A stretch of 63,779 bases of DNA, the filler included, from Octopus bimaculoides (taxonomy: Eukaryota), in NCBI RefSeq assembly GCF_001194135.2. It is 8 parts of 7 records of this genome, joined end to end, with 100 filler letters (N's around TTAATTAATTAA, not from the genome) between each part and the next. Parts side by side here need not be neighbours in the genome. Positions count along the whole stretch, not along the records: positions 23,888 to 52,642 come from NC_068986.1; 7 more parts are not named here. One strand, given 5' to 3'. The notes under the pieces were generated by a model. That model was given only the letters and a program-made list of their open reading frames with translations. It had not been told where the DNA came from and ran no database searches. The translations under genes were made by a program, and so were the position numbers. This document shows positions 36,581 to 50,855 of this stretch, piece by piece. How positions within the stretch are numbered: the first letter of the stretch is position 1; every line of letters starts with the position of its first letter.

Positions 36581-37897
36581 TGAATATATATATTCGCATG
36601 ACAACAACTGCGAGTGCCATACGTAACATCATCTATCTCTAGATCTTGCAACCCTCTGAGTGTGCGCGCACGTGTGTGTGCACGTGTATGTGTGCGCGTG
36701 CTTGTGAGGACATATGAGTTGGTAACCCAACTTCTATTACTCATATACATGTATGACACCACGTATGCATGAATGCATATTATGTCCGCTATTTGTATGT
36801 ATACATGTATATATACTTCATGTATACATGTATACATGGAGTTATGTATAAACATCTAACAAGCTGCCTGACTCCGATCGATTGTACACGCATATGTGCA
36901 GATGTGTGTGCGTGTGTCTGTATGTGTGAGTGTGTGGGGGTGTGTGAATAATGCTATTGAAAAATTGCTTAATGCAGTGACTGTTAGCCTCACTAAAATC
37001 AGTCCTGTACTTCAAAATGATAGACTTTTCTTTTATCCCTTCTCGTCCCAACACTTCTTTTATTTCTTAACCTTATCCTCTCTCCCTCTCTTACATTACT
37101 CTCTCCCAAATTAATTTTCATTCTCTCCAATGACACCTCTCTCTTTGACCATTTTCTTCCCAAGATTACGCAACAATTTATTCTCTGTCATCCCCTGTCA
37201 GTCTCTTCTGTGTCCACGCTTTCAAGGACTACGGACAAAGAAAACCTTTTCTCGCTTGTTGAAAAAACCCAAAAAAACAAAGAGACATTGCCCGAAACGT
37301 TAAAACCTTTTCTCTCAACAGCATACGAGCTTAAGACGCCATCCCAATAAATGTTTCTGTTCTCCTTTCGTAGTTCCTTTTTTTCCTTCCTTCCTTCCTT
37401 CCTTCCTTCCTTCCTTTGTTTCCCTTCTTCCTTTCGCTTTGGCTTTTCCCTCTGTCGTTGTTCAGAAAATATTTTGTACTTACAAGAAATTTCTTTATCC
37501 TACTTTCTTTTTCTCTTGGTCTTTCTCTTTCTCTTGGTCTTTCTCTTTCTCTTAGTCTTTCTCTTTCTCTTTCTGTGACATTTTCCCTTTCACTCTCTAT
37601 ATAGGATTTTAAGCCAGCATCCGTTTCTCTTTTATGTAACTTCCTTCTTTTCTTTCTATTAATTTATCTTTCTTGACATGAAGTGTTACGCTTTGCATCT
37701 TTGACAGTTATAGAATAACCTTTATTGGGGAGAATAGGTGGTTGAGTGCTTCAGTGGCTGATCAATCATTCGTTTATTCACTCACATCTAATCTAAGGCC
37801 ACAAAAGAGAGAAAAAAAATGTCCAAATAAAACAAAAGCATTCACCAAAACCCCACCGACTTAAATACACCGCTTCACTTTAAACATACTACACCAT

Positions 37898-38049
37898 AGT
37901 GGGTGTATAGTAAGAAGCTTTCTTCCCAACCGCAAGGTTCCGGTTTCAGTTCAACAGAGTATCTTGAGCAAGTGTCTTCTACTATAGTCTTGGGCCGACC
38001 AAAACCTTGTGAGTGGATTTGGTAGACGGAAAATGAAAGAAGCCCGTCG
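37898..38049 (+). mobile_element. SINE family D
   Basis: gtaagaagctttcttcccaacc...tcttgagcaagtgtcttctactatag...gaagcccgtcg. Confidence 0.8.
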
Positions 38050-39012
38050 TATATACATATATATATATATATATAGGTGAAGTATATTTGCCACTTAAAT
38101 GTGGCTGACCCCTAAGGGTGGATGTTACTGTTGCTTTTAGCCCCAGGAGAACATCTCCTCCAGCTGGCTATCGACACACATCTGTGTCCTGTCTGTATTT
38201 GCAAAGGGAAGTTATCCTTCCCATCTTGATCTGCGATACGTACGGACTCGAGTTTCTGGGTATTTTCCCGTCCTCAGCGTNNNNNNNNNNNNNNNNNNNN
38301 NNNNNNNNNNNNNNNNNNNNNNNNNNNNNNNNNNNNNNNNNNNNNNNNNNNNNNNNNNNNNNNNNNNNNNNNNNNNNNNNNNNNNNNNNNNNNNNNNNNN
38401 NNNNNNNNNNNNNNNNNNNNNNNNNNNNNNNNNNNNNNNNNNNNNNNNNNNNNNNNNNNNNNNNNNNNNNNNNNNNNNNNNNNNNNNNNNNNNNNNNNNN
38501 NNNNNNNNNNNNNNNNNNNNNNNNNNNNNNNNNNNNNNNNNNNNNNNNNNNNNNNNNNNNNNNNNNNNNNNNNNNNNNNNNNNNNNNNNNNNNNNNNNNN
38601 NNNNNNNNNNNNNNNNNNNNNNNNNNNNNNNNNNNNNNNNNNNNNNNNNNNNNNNNNNNNNNNNNNNNNNNNNNNNNNNNNNNNNNNNNNNNNNNNNNNN
38701 NNNNNNNNNNNNNNNNNNNNNNNNNNNNNNNNNNNNNNNNNNNNNNNNNNNNNNNNNNNNNNNNNNNNNNNNNNNNNNNNNNNNNNNNNNNNNNNNNNNN
38801 NNNNNNNNNNNNNNNNNNNNNNCTGTATGTATGTATGTATGTGTGTCTTTATGTCTGTGTTTCTTTGACTAAAAAATCCTTTAGGGCGGTGCTCCAGCAT
38901 GGCCGCAGTCAAATGATTGAAACCAGTAAACCAATTAAAGACTATTAAATACACCATACCACACTACTTTAAACCCACCAACACTATCAAACGCACTGAA
39001 AAAGACCCCCTT

Positions 39013-39178
39013 GGGCACTAGCGTAGCTGGCTGTGGGGGGTGGATGCAGGGGCAGTCCGCCCCGGGCGGCACTTTTAGGTCTGCTGTAGGCAATATGTGT
39101 TTTTTTTTTTGTGGGGTCCAGGGTCAGCAAACGGAGGGGCTGCCCCGGGCGGCACACACTCTAGGTACCTTAGTGCCC
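39013..39178. mobile_element. GC-rich 166-bp MITE-like element
   Basis: Termini gggcactagcgtagctgg and ctaggtaccttagtgccc are imperfect inverted repeats; gccccgggcggcac occurs twice internally. Confidence 0.55.
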
Positions 39179-39519
39179 TTCGGTCATGAATGACCATGGA
39201 ATTGAACCTAGAAAGTTCATCTCCGAGTCACAAGTCCAGGCAAGGTTGTTTGTGGGAGACCAGCAGTCGCCCATGCATACCATTTTCTCCTCCCCACACC
39301 ACCGATGTTGTCCAAAGGAAAGGCAAAGGCCGATACAGCTTGGCATCAGTGAAGGTCCATGGGTCAGTGGTTAGAGCGTCGGGCTTAAAACCGTAAGGTT
39401 ATGAGTTCGATACCCAGACCGGGCTGTGTGTTGTACTCTTGAGCAAGACTTTTTATTTCGTGTTGCTCCAGTTCACCCACTTAAGCACACTATTACATTC
39501 TCAAATATTCCTTTACTAC

Positions 39520-39725
39520 TCTTGAAACAAGGCCCGAAATTCTGAGGGAGGGAACCAGTCGATTAGATCGATCCCTGTATGCAACTGGTACTTAATTTAT
39601 CGACCCCAAAAGGATGAAAGCCAAAGTCGACCTCGGTGGAATTTGAACTCAGAACGTAAAGACAGACGAAATACTGCTAAACATTTCACTCGGCGTGCTA
39701 ACGTTTCCGCCAGCTCACCGCCTTC
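39520..39725 (-). mobile_element. SINE family B, CpG-retaining copy
   Basis: Reverse complement of 4346-4520, with the 3' extension. Confidence 0.85.
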
Positions 39726-40617
39726 CACGTTAACAACATTACAATACGTTAACATTATACAGCACATTAACATTATACCATGTTAGATACACCACAAGAA
39801 AGGCGCTGTCTGCGTCAAACACACGAAATCAAGTCAAAGATACCATATTGATAAATACATTACATCAACTTAAACACACTACACTACGTTAAACGCATCA
39901 CGTTAAACACACGATCTTTGAGATACTGCAACAAGCCAATCACATCACAGTAAGCACACCATCCTCGTTTAAACAGCACGCTAGGTTAACTACATTCAAC
40001 CGATACAAGAAACCATCATAAAATGATGTCGTCAGTTAAACGTGGTTTACGATCGTTATTGAATTCATGGCTCACGGAAGATCAAGAAAAAAGTTCATTG
40101 GCAAACTTCGTTATGTAAAAGTTAAATGTTTTCAAGTCAAGAATTCAGAAACTATTTTTAAAACTATTTCTTATCCGCTTAGTCAATTCTGTTCTTCTAC
40201 GATCTGTATCCTTATATGCGCATGCGTTTGTATCTCTGTGTGAGCATGTGCGTGTATGTGTGTGCGCGTGCGCGCGTGCATACGCGTATCTGTGTGTTTC
40301 GCATGCGTGCTTATGTGTGAATATATGGGGTTGCGCCGTTTATACTGTCATTATCGTTATCGTCGTTGTAAGCGGAGCAGGAGCATACACGAGGACGGAA
40401 AGTGTCGCTGAAGAGGTCACAGATGTGTGACGAAAGATTTCCGGACATTGGACATCTGTTAAAATAAGAACGGTAATAAATGAGTGAATAACGAAACAAA
40501 TAAATAAATGCCCATCTCGAAATATAATAATATTTGTTTCAACACACGGTTTCACATCAGGAATCCGGCAACAAAAATTCATGAGCGTATTTCTTATCTT
40601 GATTTATTTATCATGCA

Positions 40618-40772
40618 TGGCCGTGGTGTTAAGAAGTTCGCTCTCCAATCACATGGTTTCGGGCTTCGTCTTCCTGCGCGGCACCTTGGTCAAGTGTCTT
40701 CTACTATAGTCCTGGGTCAACTAATGCCTTGTGCGTGGATTTAGTAGGTGGAAACTGCGTGGAAGCTCGTTG
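40618..40772 (+). mobile_element. SINE family D
   Basis: ggccgtggtgttaagaagttcgc...gcaccttggtcaagtgtcttctactatag. Confidence 0.75.
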
Positions 40773-42182
40773 CATATGTGCGCGTGTATCTTTGTGTTTG
40801 TGTCTCACCACCGCTTGAAAACCGGTATGGGTTTCTTTACTTCCTTGTAACTTAGTGGTTCGGCAAAAGGAACTAATAGAAAAATATTAGATTTAAACAT
40901 AAGTATTGGGATCGACCTGTTCGATCAAACCTTTCAAGGTGGTGCCCTGAATCAAGTAAAAAGAAAACGATTAAAGATATGAAAAAAAAAAAGATCATGA
41001 ATGCCATGTTTTTCAAAACTCTCATGCATTTAGAATTCATTTTTAAAAATCACGAATCGTATTTTTAAAGATCTGCAGTGTACCGTGATATCCCTCGGGG
41101 CGTAATTTGAGAGCGGCTGCGTCAAACATTACATCACGTTACCCTTTCGTTCCCATATTTCTGTTAAAACACACTTTGTTTCAATTAATTTTTAAAATAC
41201 TGAAAAATTTAGTAAAATGTTTCTGTCGTTACTACGTCCCTGTTTGGAACACATTAACACGAAATTTTAATGGTGGATTTTGATTCAGATCATTAAAACA
41301 GGAGGTTTGTGTCATGGAATCAGTGGTGGTCTCAATCGGTTTGACATCAAAGACTTAAACTCATCATACGGCGTTGAATACGCCACAACACAACGCACGA
41401 CACCACATGAAACGAGTCTCACTATTACACTATTATAGAAGGTACACACTAACACACATTGGCAAAATGTGGGCCCTGCCATTACATCCCTTACAACATA
41501 TGCGAGTGTTTAGCGTATATCTCAGTATGTATACATGTGAGTATGCAAGCGTACGTGCGTGTGTGCGTCTGTGTGTTTGTGTGTGTGCGCACGCGTGTTA
41601 TGAGCTCCCGGAATTGTATATTTATCGTCTGCTATTATCACTAATGTCTTGTAGGTAACAGAAAACTTCGTTCATAATGAACCGTTACATCCGTTTGTCA
41701 GCTTTTTTACTGAGTGTTTTTGTACGTGTGTACGTGTTGTACACACTTTTATCTTTTACTTATTACAGTCTTTGGACTGCGACTGTGCTGGAGCATCGCA
41801 TTGAAAAGTATAGTCAAACAAATAGACCTTAGTACTTATTGTATTTATTCCTATATTAAGTTTGGCACTTATTTTATCGATATCTCTTGTCGAACCGTCA
41901 CGGGAACGTAAACAAACCAACAGGCTGTAGTAGGGGATCTTGGTGAGAGGGAAAGATCTCCCTCCCGAAATAACCTACGACTATCGTAAATGCCAGTTGT
42001 TTCCTGTATTTGTGTTATCGGTAATCTTTGCAGCATGCAGAGCAAGTCTTATGCACTCGATATATACCCACGCACCCAGTTATCTTGGAAATGAACGATT
42101 ACTTTCAGTGAAATGATTTGTTCTTGAAGGTTCAATGACGACGGCGGAGTAGTGACATACACAGTTTTAACAGATTGGAAGT

Positions 42183-42543
42183 TGTTGTTGCTGGCACTCC
42201 GTCGCTTACGACGTCGAGGGTTACAGTTGATCCGTTCAACGGGACAGCCTGCTGGTGAAATTAACGCGCAAATGGCTGAGCACTCCACAAACACATGTAT
42301 CTTTAACGTAGTTCTCGGGGATATTCAGCGTGACACAGAGTGTGACAAGGCTGAACCTTTGAATTGCAGGCACAACAGAAACAGGAAGTAAGAGTGAGAG
42401 AAAGTTGTGGCGAAAGAGTACAGCAGGGTTCGCCACCATTCCCTGCCGGGAATAAACACACACAACACTCGGTCTGAGAATCGAAACCGCGATCCTATAA
42501 CCACGAGTCCGTTGCCCTAACCACTGGGCCATTGCGCCTCCGA
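42183..42543 (-). mobile_element. Full-length SINE family A with 15-bp TSD
   Basis: TSD taacagattggaagt at 42168-42182 and 42544-42558. Confidence 0.92.
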
Positions 42544-42754
42544 TAACAGATTGGAAGTATGTAACTTCAGACCTACACATTAGCGCTTCAGTATGTATCA
42601 CAATATCGTTTTGAAACTCAAAGAAGGTGACGACTGCAGCTTGGCAGCACAATCGACAACCAAGCAACTTATTAAGGATAGCAGTGCTTATTCCCAACGT
42701 AAGAAGGAACTAGAAAATGTGTTCTAAACCAGTGCTTCGCCATGTGTGTGTATA

Positions 42755-42793
<39 letters not shown>

Positions 42794-43701
42794 GTATATG
42801 TATATATGTGTATATGTATATGTGCGTGTCCACACACACACACATATATATATCAATGGCAATTTCTGTCTGTCTGTTACCAACTTAATGTCTAAACCAG
42901 TGAACCAATATTCACGAAACTTTGCATACATGTAACACTAACATCCAGTTCAATAATAGGCTAATTGGATTTCAATAAAAATTAACAAAATGTCCCCCCC
43001 ACCACCAGGGGCATGGGGCGAATTATATGATAAAATGAGGAGGCTGCAAAAAGTATAAGTCTGAGGTAGTAACAGAGAGAGAGAGAAGGTGACTTATATT
43101 AGTGAAGGCGAGAACAGCGGTGTGAATAGGATCGCAACATTAATAAAACTGTCATATACATACGGCGCTGCATACATACTTTTGTAAATACATAGATACA
43201 ACACACATACACACACACACACACACACAGAGAAAGGTGCGGGTGAGGAATACGTAGCTTTAAGGAGAGAGGGGGAAAGGTGGCTTTTCTGCAGTCCATC
43301 GCAAAGAACATTTACACACAGACACACACACACATATACATACATACATACCTACATACATACATACATATATCTACTATACACCATTTTAAACTCGTGA
43401 TCACCTGTTTACGTTTGTAAATGTATGTGTGTGTGTGTGTNNNNNNNNNNNNNNNNNNNNNNNNNNNNNNNNNNNNNNNNNNNNNNNNNNNNNNNNNNNN
43501 NNNNNNNNNNNNNNNNNNNNNNNNNNNNNNNNNNNNNNNNNNNNNNNNNNNNNNNNNNNNNNNNNNNNNNNNNNNNNNNNNNNNNNNNNNNNNNNNNNNN
43601 NNNNNNNNNNNNNNNNNNNNNNNNNNNNNNNNNNNNNNNNNNNNNNNNNNNNNNNNNNNNNTATACATACATATACATACACACGTACATACACACATAC
43701 A

Positions 43702-43734
<33 letters not shown>

Positions 43735-43999
43735 CTACTATACACCATTTTAAACTCGTGATCACCTGTTTACGTTTGTAAATGTATGTGTGTGTGTGTG
43801 TTTGTGTGTGTGCGCGTCACGCTCTATAACTGTTTGTCTCTCTACTTTTGTAGAGACTTCCTTGTTGCTGTCACTTATTGTGAAATTTTAAAATTACGTC
43901 AAAATTTTCAAATTTTGTATATTGAAATAATTTTCCACGTTAAATCCGATTCTGTTATCTATTTGTTCCTAACATGCAGTTGAATTATAGGCAAATTGA

Positions 44000-44462
44000 A
44001 TTTCAATAGAAATCTATAATGGGCTCTCTGGGGAGGGAGAGCTGTAGCTCATGTTTACAAATCAGTTACGATAAGCTACGACACGTGACAACGCCAGTTA
44101 CAATACGCGAACTATTTGTCAATGTATCTCTAAATCTATTTATTTATCTAAGTTATTTTACTCAGATGCATATTCGTTTGTTAAAATAATATAGGGACAT
44201 TCCTTATTCACCCACTAATCGTATTAATGGTTTGTAATACCTATTTTTAGCAATGAACTGTTATTTAATGGCTTAATTACACATAACTGATTCCAAAATT
44301 TATATATTGACATAGGATTGGGGATAGGAATGGGAGCGGAACTAAAACAGGAACTGAACAGGGAACGGGATAGGACATAGAACAGTATAATGGGAATAGG
44401 AACTGGAAATAACCCATGCTTTTCCGGGTATTACCGGGTATTACCGGGTAATTCAGCTAGTG
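44000..44462 (-). mobile_element. Helentron/HINE-like element
   Basis: Minus strand begins actagctgaattacccggtaatacccgg; internal GGAA(Y)-type microsatellite at 44320-44410. The far boundary is uncertain. Confidence 0.45.
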
Positions 44463-44907
44463 TATATATATATATATNNNNNNNNNNAATAAGCAACAGG
44501 ATATCAAGTAGTGATGCAGTACGACCGTTTCAAGCGGCTTCGTTTAATTTAACAATGTAACCATTACATCAATTTAAATGCAGTGCCATCTTCAGCATCA
44601 CTACTTGATATCCTCTTGCTTATTTTGATTATGTGTGTGTGTGTGTGTAGTTTGCTTTTCCGTGAAGGTAAGATAGACAAAAATAGTACTCCATCCAGTG
44701 AAAGTTTAATATTGTTTAATGTACACAACATATAGTTATGATTTAACAGTTTCATACATTAGAGATTTTATCTATGCAGGTTGTAACAACACATCTAGTG
44801 TCTCCAAGTGCCTGAAGATTGCATGGAGACATTGAGACATCTCCAGTGTATGAAACTATTAGTAGCTGATGTATACACTGTGTACATTAAACTGCATTAA
44901 ACTGCAT

Positions 44908-45016
<109 letters not shown>

Positions 45017-46099
45017 ATACAAATAATATGTGAGTATATGCATATATTCGTACATGTATGTACATGCCTACATCTACATGTATATATAGATGCATATCTG
45101 GGTACAGGACGTGACAAAAAAAAAACGTGGACAATGAGAAACAGAACATAAACAGAGCACAGAAAACAAACAGGCCACATATCAGTGTGTCTGACAAGTG
45201 GCCTTCAAATCAAGAGTAGAAACGATAGGGATGGAATAAGGCTCGAACTCATGTTGGTGTTGAGTAATTCTGCAAACAAAAACAAACGCGAACAATTATA
45301 TTGTCTTATAGACCAGTTAGTAGTGGCCGCTACCCAAACAGAAATGAATTCTTCCATAGTGATACTGGATTCATTACAAAGGTTCAATTCAATAACGCTT
45401 CGGTGTTGTTATTTAAACCTGTTAAATCAAATAAGGGTTTTCTCTCTGCGTTGCGACAAAACGCTTTCCGTGTGTTTTAGTTTCGCTTGCAGAAAAATAC
45501 ATTCAGAAGCATCATGTGAATACCAATACAGGACCGAGAAAGTCATCAACGATAAAGAATATATATTATTTAGAATATGTGGCATTCATTTCACTATAAC
45601 GATGTTTCGGACTCCCGCTCCTTACATATGTCGAGACAGGAATAGAAACGACAGAGAGGGAATATGGTTCGAACTCATGATACCAAATGTCACCACGCGG
45701 AGGCAAAAGATTGGAAAATACTACCAGTTGACAGGGAAATGTGACCGACATATCTCTGAGAGGGAACGAGGCAGTTTTAAGCCATTTTATTAATTTGTAT
45801 TAAAGAATAAACTAACATTACTAACACATTGAGTGTTCTACACGGCATCGCTTCTTAAATATATGTATGTATGTTTATTAGTGTGTGCTTCTGTGTATGT
45901 TTGTGTGCTATGTCTTTGCGTGTGGGCTCATTTAGATATATAATGTGGAGAGAGAGCGGTAGGAGGAGAAAGAGAAAGACAAAGAGGTTAAACAAAGGAA
46001 ACCACTGAAAGTCAAAAGGCAAACAGGAACACACAGCGAAGCAGACATGCAGTATGACTGACTCAGACAGACAAACTGCCGACGATGATTGAAAGTAAG

Positions 46100-46142
<43 letters not shown>

Positions 46143-47543
46143 AACAAACAAATGCGCCCTCATACACACACATCCATGCACGCTCTCTTACAAAAAACCC
46201 ACACACAAACGCACATATATACGCATGTATAAATATATATAAATAAATATATAGGCATGCAGAAATATATATGTTTAAATGTATTATTATAGGTATGTGT
46301 ATTCTTTTTATGTTTCAGCCCTAAGGTTGTGGCCATGCTGGGGCACCGCCAGTAGTATAGTTATATATTCGTAAACAATATTAATGCGCACATTTATACG
46401 CAAACAAAATAAGTGTGTATGTATATCTACACACATATGGACACATGCACACATGCACACACACATGTATGTATGTATGTATGTATGTATGTTTGCATGT
46501 ATGTATGTATGTACATTTGTGTACATATTTGCAAGAGTGTGTGTGTCCGTATAGGAGATAACTATTTTGGCAAGAGGAAGAGGAAGACATGTTTGGCAAT
46601 CTGAGCTGGCTGTATTGAAGACATTTTCTGACTTCTGATAGCCGGAAGCTGACAGGAAATGAACAATTGTATAAGTTGAATCATGGGATACCATGATACG
46701 TCTTTTGTAAACTGCTAGACTGATTGGACTTCCGATTGTTGATGAGAGATTTAGGAATTAGACTGAAGCAAAACGCAAGTAAGATGTAGTCAGAATGACG
46801 TAGAAACTTTTCATACAATCACGAGTACAATAGAGTGTGTAGGTGTATGGCGAGTGTGAGTGAGGAACGGATAGATGGACGGAGATTAGGAGAAGAGAGG
46901 GTGGAAGAAAAACAGAGAGCGTCAATGATAAGAACAGTAAATCTGAGTGAATGAATATGTGTGCGCGCACGCTTGTGTGTGTGTATAAATTATAGTTAAC
47001 AGATGAGATCCAGAGATTCTCAATATTGAAAAAACTTAGAAGCGCTCAAATGATACAAACTTAAACTTCAATGTCTTTACAGGGAATAAATTCCACAGGA
47101 TAAAGAATAGCTATAAGAGGGATCAAGTTGAGCAGACATGGAGGAAATTATACAGATAAACAAATTTGATATATTTATATCTAATTTTTTCCCCCCGCAT
47201 AATTGCCTTTAAATTATATATATATACATATCATATATANNNNNNNNNNNNNNNNNNNNNNNNNNNNNNNNNNNNNNNNNNNNNNNNNNNNNNNNNNNNN
47301 NNNNNNNNNNNNNNNNNNNNNNNNNNNNNNNNNNNNNNNNNNNNNNNNNNNNNNNNNNNNNNNNNNNNNNNNNNNNNNNNNNNNNNNNNNNNNNNNNNNN
47401 NNNNNNNNNNNNNNNNNNNNNNNNNNNNNNNNNNNNNNNNNNNNNNNNNNNNNNNNNNNNNNNNNNNNNNNNNNNNNNNNNNNNNNATATATATATATAT
47501 ATATATATACATACATAGTGTTGACTGTCGGAAGAAAGAGTAC

Positions 47544-47574
<31 letters not shown>

Positions 47575-48231
47575 TAATTATCAATTTGACCTATGATGAA
47601 AAACATTCCACCAGTGTATTGTTGTTGCTGGTGCTTTTATTTCTTGTCTCGTTGTTCTTCTAGGAGGTATTCTTGATGTTACTGTTGTTGTTGGTGGTAT
47701 TCTTATTGCTGGTAGTTGTCGTTTGTAGTGTTGTTCTTGTTAAAGGTTGCTGTTGTTTAGTTTAGTGCTGGTGCTGTTGTTGATGTTGTTGTTCAGCTCC
47801 CGGTGAGACTTGATTAAACAAATATTTGATCAAATGCATTCAAGTCACGGCCATCATATTTGGTACACCTGAGACTGCATTATTTAACGTGTCCTCTATT
47901 TTCTAAGACAGTAAGATAAGGTTTGAGACTCAAGTCTGCTATTATTAGCAAAACTGGAAAAAGACGTGAGTTAAAACTTTCGTAAACCTACAGATAATGT
48001 AAGTATTGAATCAGAGTTCTTCAGAAAATGTCACCATTTCAACAGTTACTTGCTGAAACACAGGAAAATTACAACTGATTGAATAGACAGATACTTGTCT
48101 GTTTAATTTATTCCAATCGTCTCTATTATTTTCCTCAATTATAATACACACTCTTGAACTATCCTATCTCATACATACATACATACGTACATACATACAT
48201 ACATGTGTATATATACATATGTATATATATA

Positions 48232-48294
<63 letters not shown>

Positions 48295-48598
48295 TCACAT
48301 AAACATATATATGCGGTATGTGCGTGTTTATCTGTGCTTACGTGAGTTTGTATGTATGAGTATGTCCGAGTGTATGTGTGTTTAAATTATATATTATATG
48401 TAGATGATTTTGTTTATATATACGCATATATGTGTGCGTATGCGTGTGTGCGTTTACCTTTAGGTATATAAAATTAAAATCACCTACATTATATATCTAA
48501 TTTAAACACGTACATACAAATACACACACAAGCACAACACTCAAACACATACGCGCGCGCGTGCACACACACATACATACACCACACACACACATACA

Positions 48599-48632
<34 letters not shown>

Positions 48633-50084
48633 AAACATGTATACGTTGAGACCGATAATGGTGTTTTAAATGTACCGGGGAAAATTAATAAACGGAACGA
48701 CAGAAACCAGTTACAAGAAGAAGAGGAGGAGAAGAAAAAGGGAGAGAGATTAAATCTGGATTGTAGGCTTAGTTGTAAAAGGGTATCAGTGAAAGGAGGA
48801 GGGCCTGATATGGCCGAATTCAAAAGAGCAGACGTCAAGGGTTGTTTAGACTACAGTAAATATAGCATTAAAGAAAAGGGAAACTACCATTATGTATGTA
48901 TGTATGTATGTATGTATGTATGTATGTATGTATGTATGTATGTATGTACGTATGTATGTATGCATGCATATGTATACACAGACATTAATATATATACATA
49001 CGTGTGTGTATTTACTCTATCACGTGACCTTATTAGGGGCCGTGATTGGTCAGTTTGCGTTCTGGCGGGAATGGTTCGANNNNNNNNNNNNNNNNNNNNN
49101 NNNNNNNNNNNNNNNNNNNNNNNNNNNNNNNNNNNNNNNNNNNNNNNNNNNNNNNNNNNNNNNNNNNNNNNNNNNNNNNNNNNNNNNNNNNNNNNNNNNN
49201 NNNNNNNNNNNNNNNNNNNNNNNNNNNNNNNNNNNNNNNNNNNNNNNNNNNNNNNNNNNNNNNNNNNNNNNNNNNNNNNNNNNNNNNNNNNNNNNNNNNN
49301 NNNNNNNNNNNNNNNNNNNNNNNNNNNNNNNNNNNNNNNNNNNNNNNNNNNNNNNNNNNNNNNNNNNNNNNNNNNNNNNNNNNNNNNNNNNNNNNNNNNN
49401 NNNNNNNNNNNNNNNNNNNNNNNNNNNNNNNNNNNNNNNNNNNNNNNNNNNNNNNNNNNNNNNNNNNNNNNNNNNNNNNNNNNNNNNNNNNNNNNNNNNN
49501 NNNNNGTATGTATGTATGCATGCATATGTATACACAGACATTAATATATATACATACCTACATGAGTGTGTATGTGTGTGTGTGGGGGGGGGGGATATAT
49601 ATTAAACATAAAACTATAGAAAAAATAACACGACAAAAAATAAATGTGAGCACAATATTTAAGTTTAACTAACGAAGCAAAATTGCTGACTTATCGCATC
49701 TTTTCCGGTTGTTTATAAACTAACGCTAAGTGTTGCTCACAGATAACATGACTGGCAAAAAACAAATAGTACCGCCTCACAAGATGAATGAGTAAATGAA
49801 TGAATGAACGAATGAATGAATGAATATACGAACGAATAATATTTATAGAATGCTAAAATAGCATTAAATCTCTGACACGGTAAAATTGTTTAGTAATTGG
49901 GCATGACGAAAATAAGGAAATGATATTGTGGTAATATGAGTGAAAGTTCAGTGGCGGCGTTGTTTCTTGCGGTCATGAAATAAATGTTATTGAGTTTTTA
50001 AAACAAAACCAACAAAAAAATGTTAATGTAGCTGGCCGAACTGCATATCTCAAATCTGATCAGTAATACAATTATTATTATTAT

Positions 50085-50502
50085 GGAGTTCTATAGGAGA
50101 TTGTAGAGGGAAAGAGCGACAATGTTCTCGGGGAAACTATGGGCCTCGGGTGGGATCAATTAACTGGTCTTCTCCGGAGGACTTTCGGACCGGGGCCTAT
50201 GGATAACTTCTAGAAATCCCTAGCCTGGCAGTGTTACTGGGGAGCTCTGCCGGTTCGAGTCAAGCTCTACAGACACGGAAGTACTGTCAGAGGGACCTGT
50301 CCGAGGTGTGCGCAGGGTGACAAAACCTTCTTGCATGCCCTCGTCCAGTATCTGTGCATTACTGACTTGTGGAGCTTTGTCGGACAGCTGTTATCGCGTG
50401 TAGGATGGATCCAGTTATCAACCGAGTCCATCGTGAGGATCGCCCCGCCGCCTTCCTTTGACCAGGAAGGAAAGGCAGTTTTCTTCTGTCTATTAGCTAT
50501 GG
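50085..50502 (+). mobile_element. Tx1/L1-clade LINE C-terminal zinc-binding (zf-RVT-like) fragment
   Basis: SLAWQCYWGALPVRVKLYRHG...TCPRCAQGDKTFLHALVQY...LW. Confidence 0.75.
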
Positions 50503-50855
50503 CGTGGAGGCGTAATGGCCCAGTGGTTAGGCCAGCGGACTCGCGGTCATAGGATCGCTGTTTCGATTCTCAGACCGGGCGCTGTGAGTGTTTATTGAGC
50601 GAAAACACCTAAAGTTCCACGAGGCTCCGGTAGGGGATGGTGGCGAACCCTGCTGTACTCGTTCACCACAACTTTCTCTCACTCTTACTTCCTATTTCTG
50701 TTGTACCTGTATTTCAAAGGGCCAACCTTGTCACACTGTGTCACGCTGAATATCCCCGAGAACTACGTTAAGGGTACACGTGTCTGTGGAGTACTCAGCC
50801 ACTTGCACGTTAATTTCACGAGCAGCAGGCTGTTCCGTTGATCGGATCAACTGTA
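50503..50855 (+). mobile_element. SINE family A, 3' end lost in gap
   Basis: Near-identical to 7735-8118 and 17853-18234. Confidence 0.9.

Noticed and set aside
39360-39480. tRNA-like A/B-box sequences as tRNA genes (also 7735, 17853, 60498)
   Set aside because: No complete cloverleaf or acceptor stem, and they run into SINE bodies.
43330-43800. Exact direct duplications flanking gaps (also 2250/2294, 48890/49506, 57375/58095)
   Set aside because: Identical sequence on both sides of an N-run next to microsatellites is typical of unmerged contig overlaps.
45185-45793. 202-aa ORF without Ns
   Set aside because: It has a GTG start, no domain motifs, overlaps a family F terminus and contains an internal ~50-bp direct repeat, so it is probably a chance ORF in repeat-derived DNA.
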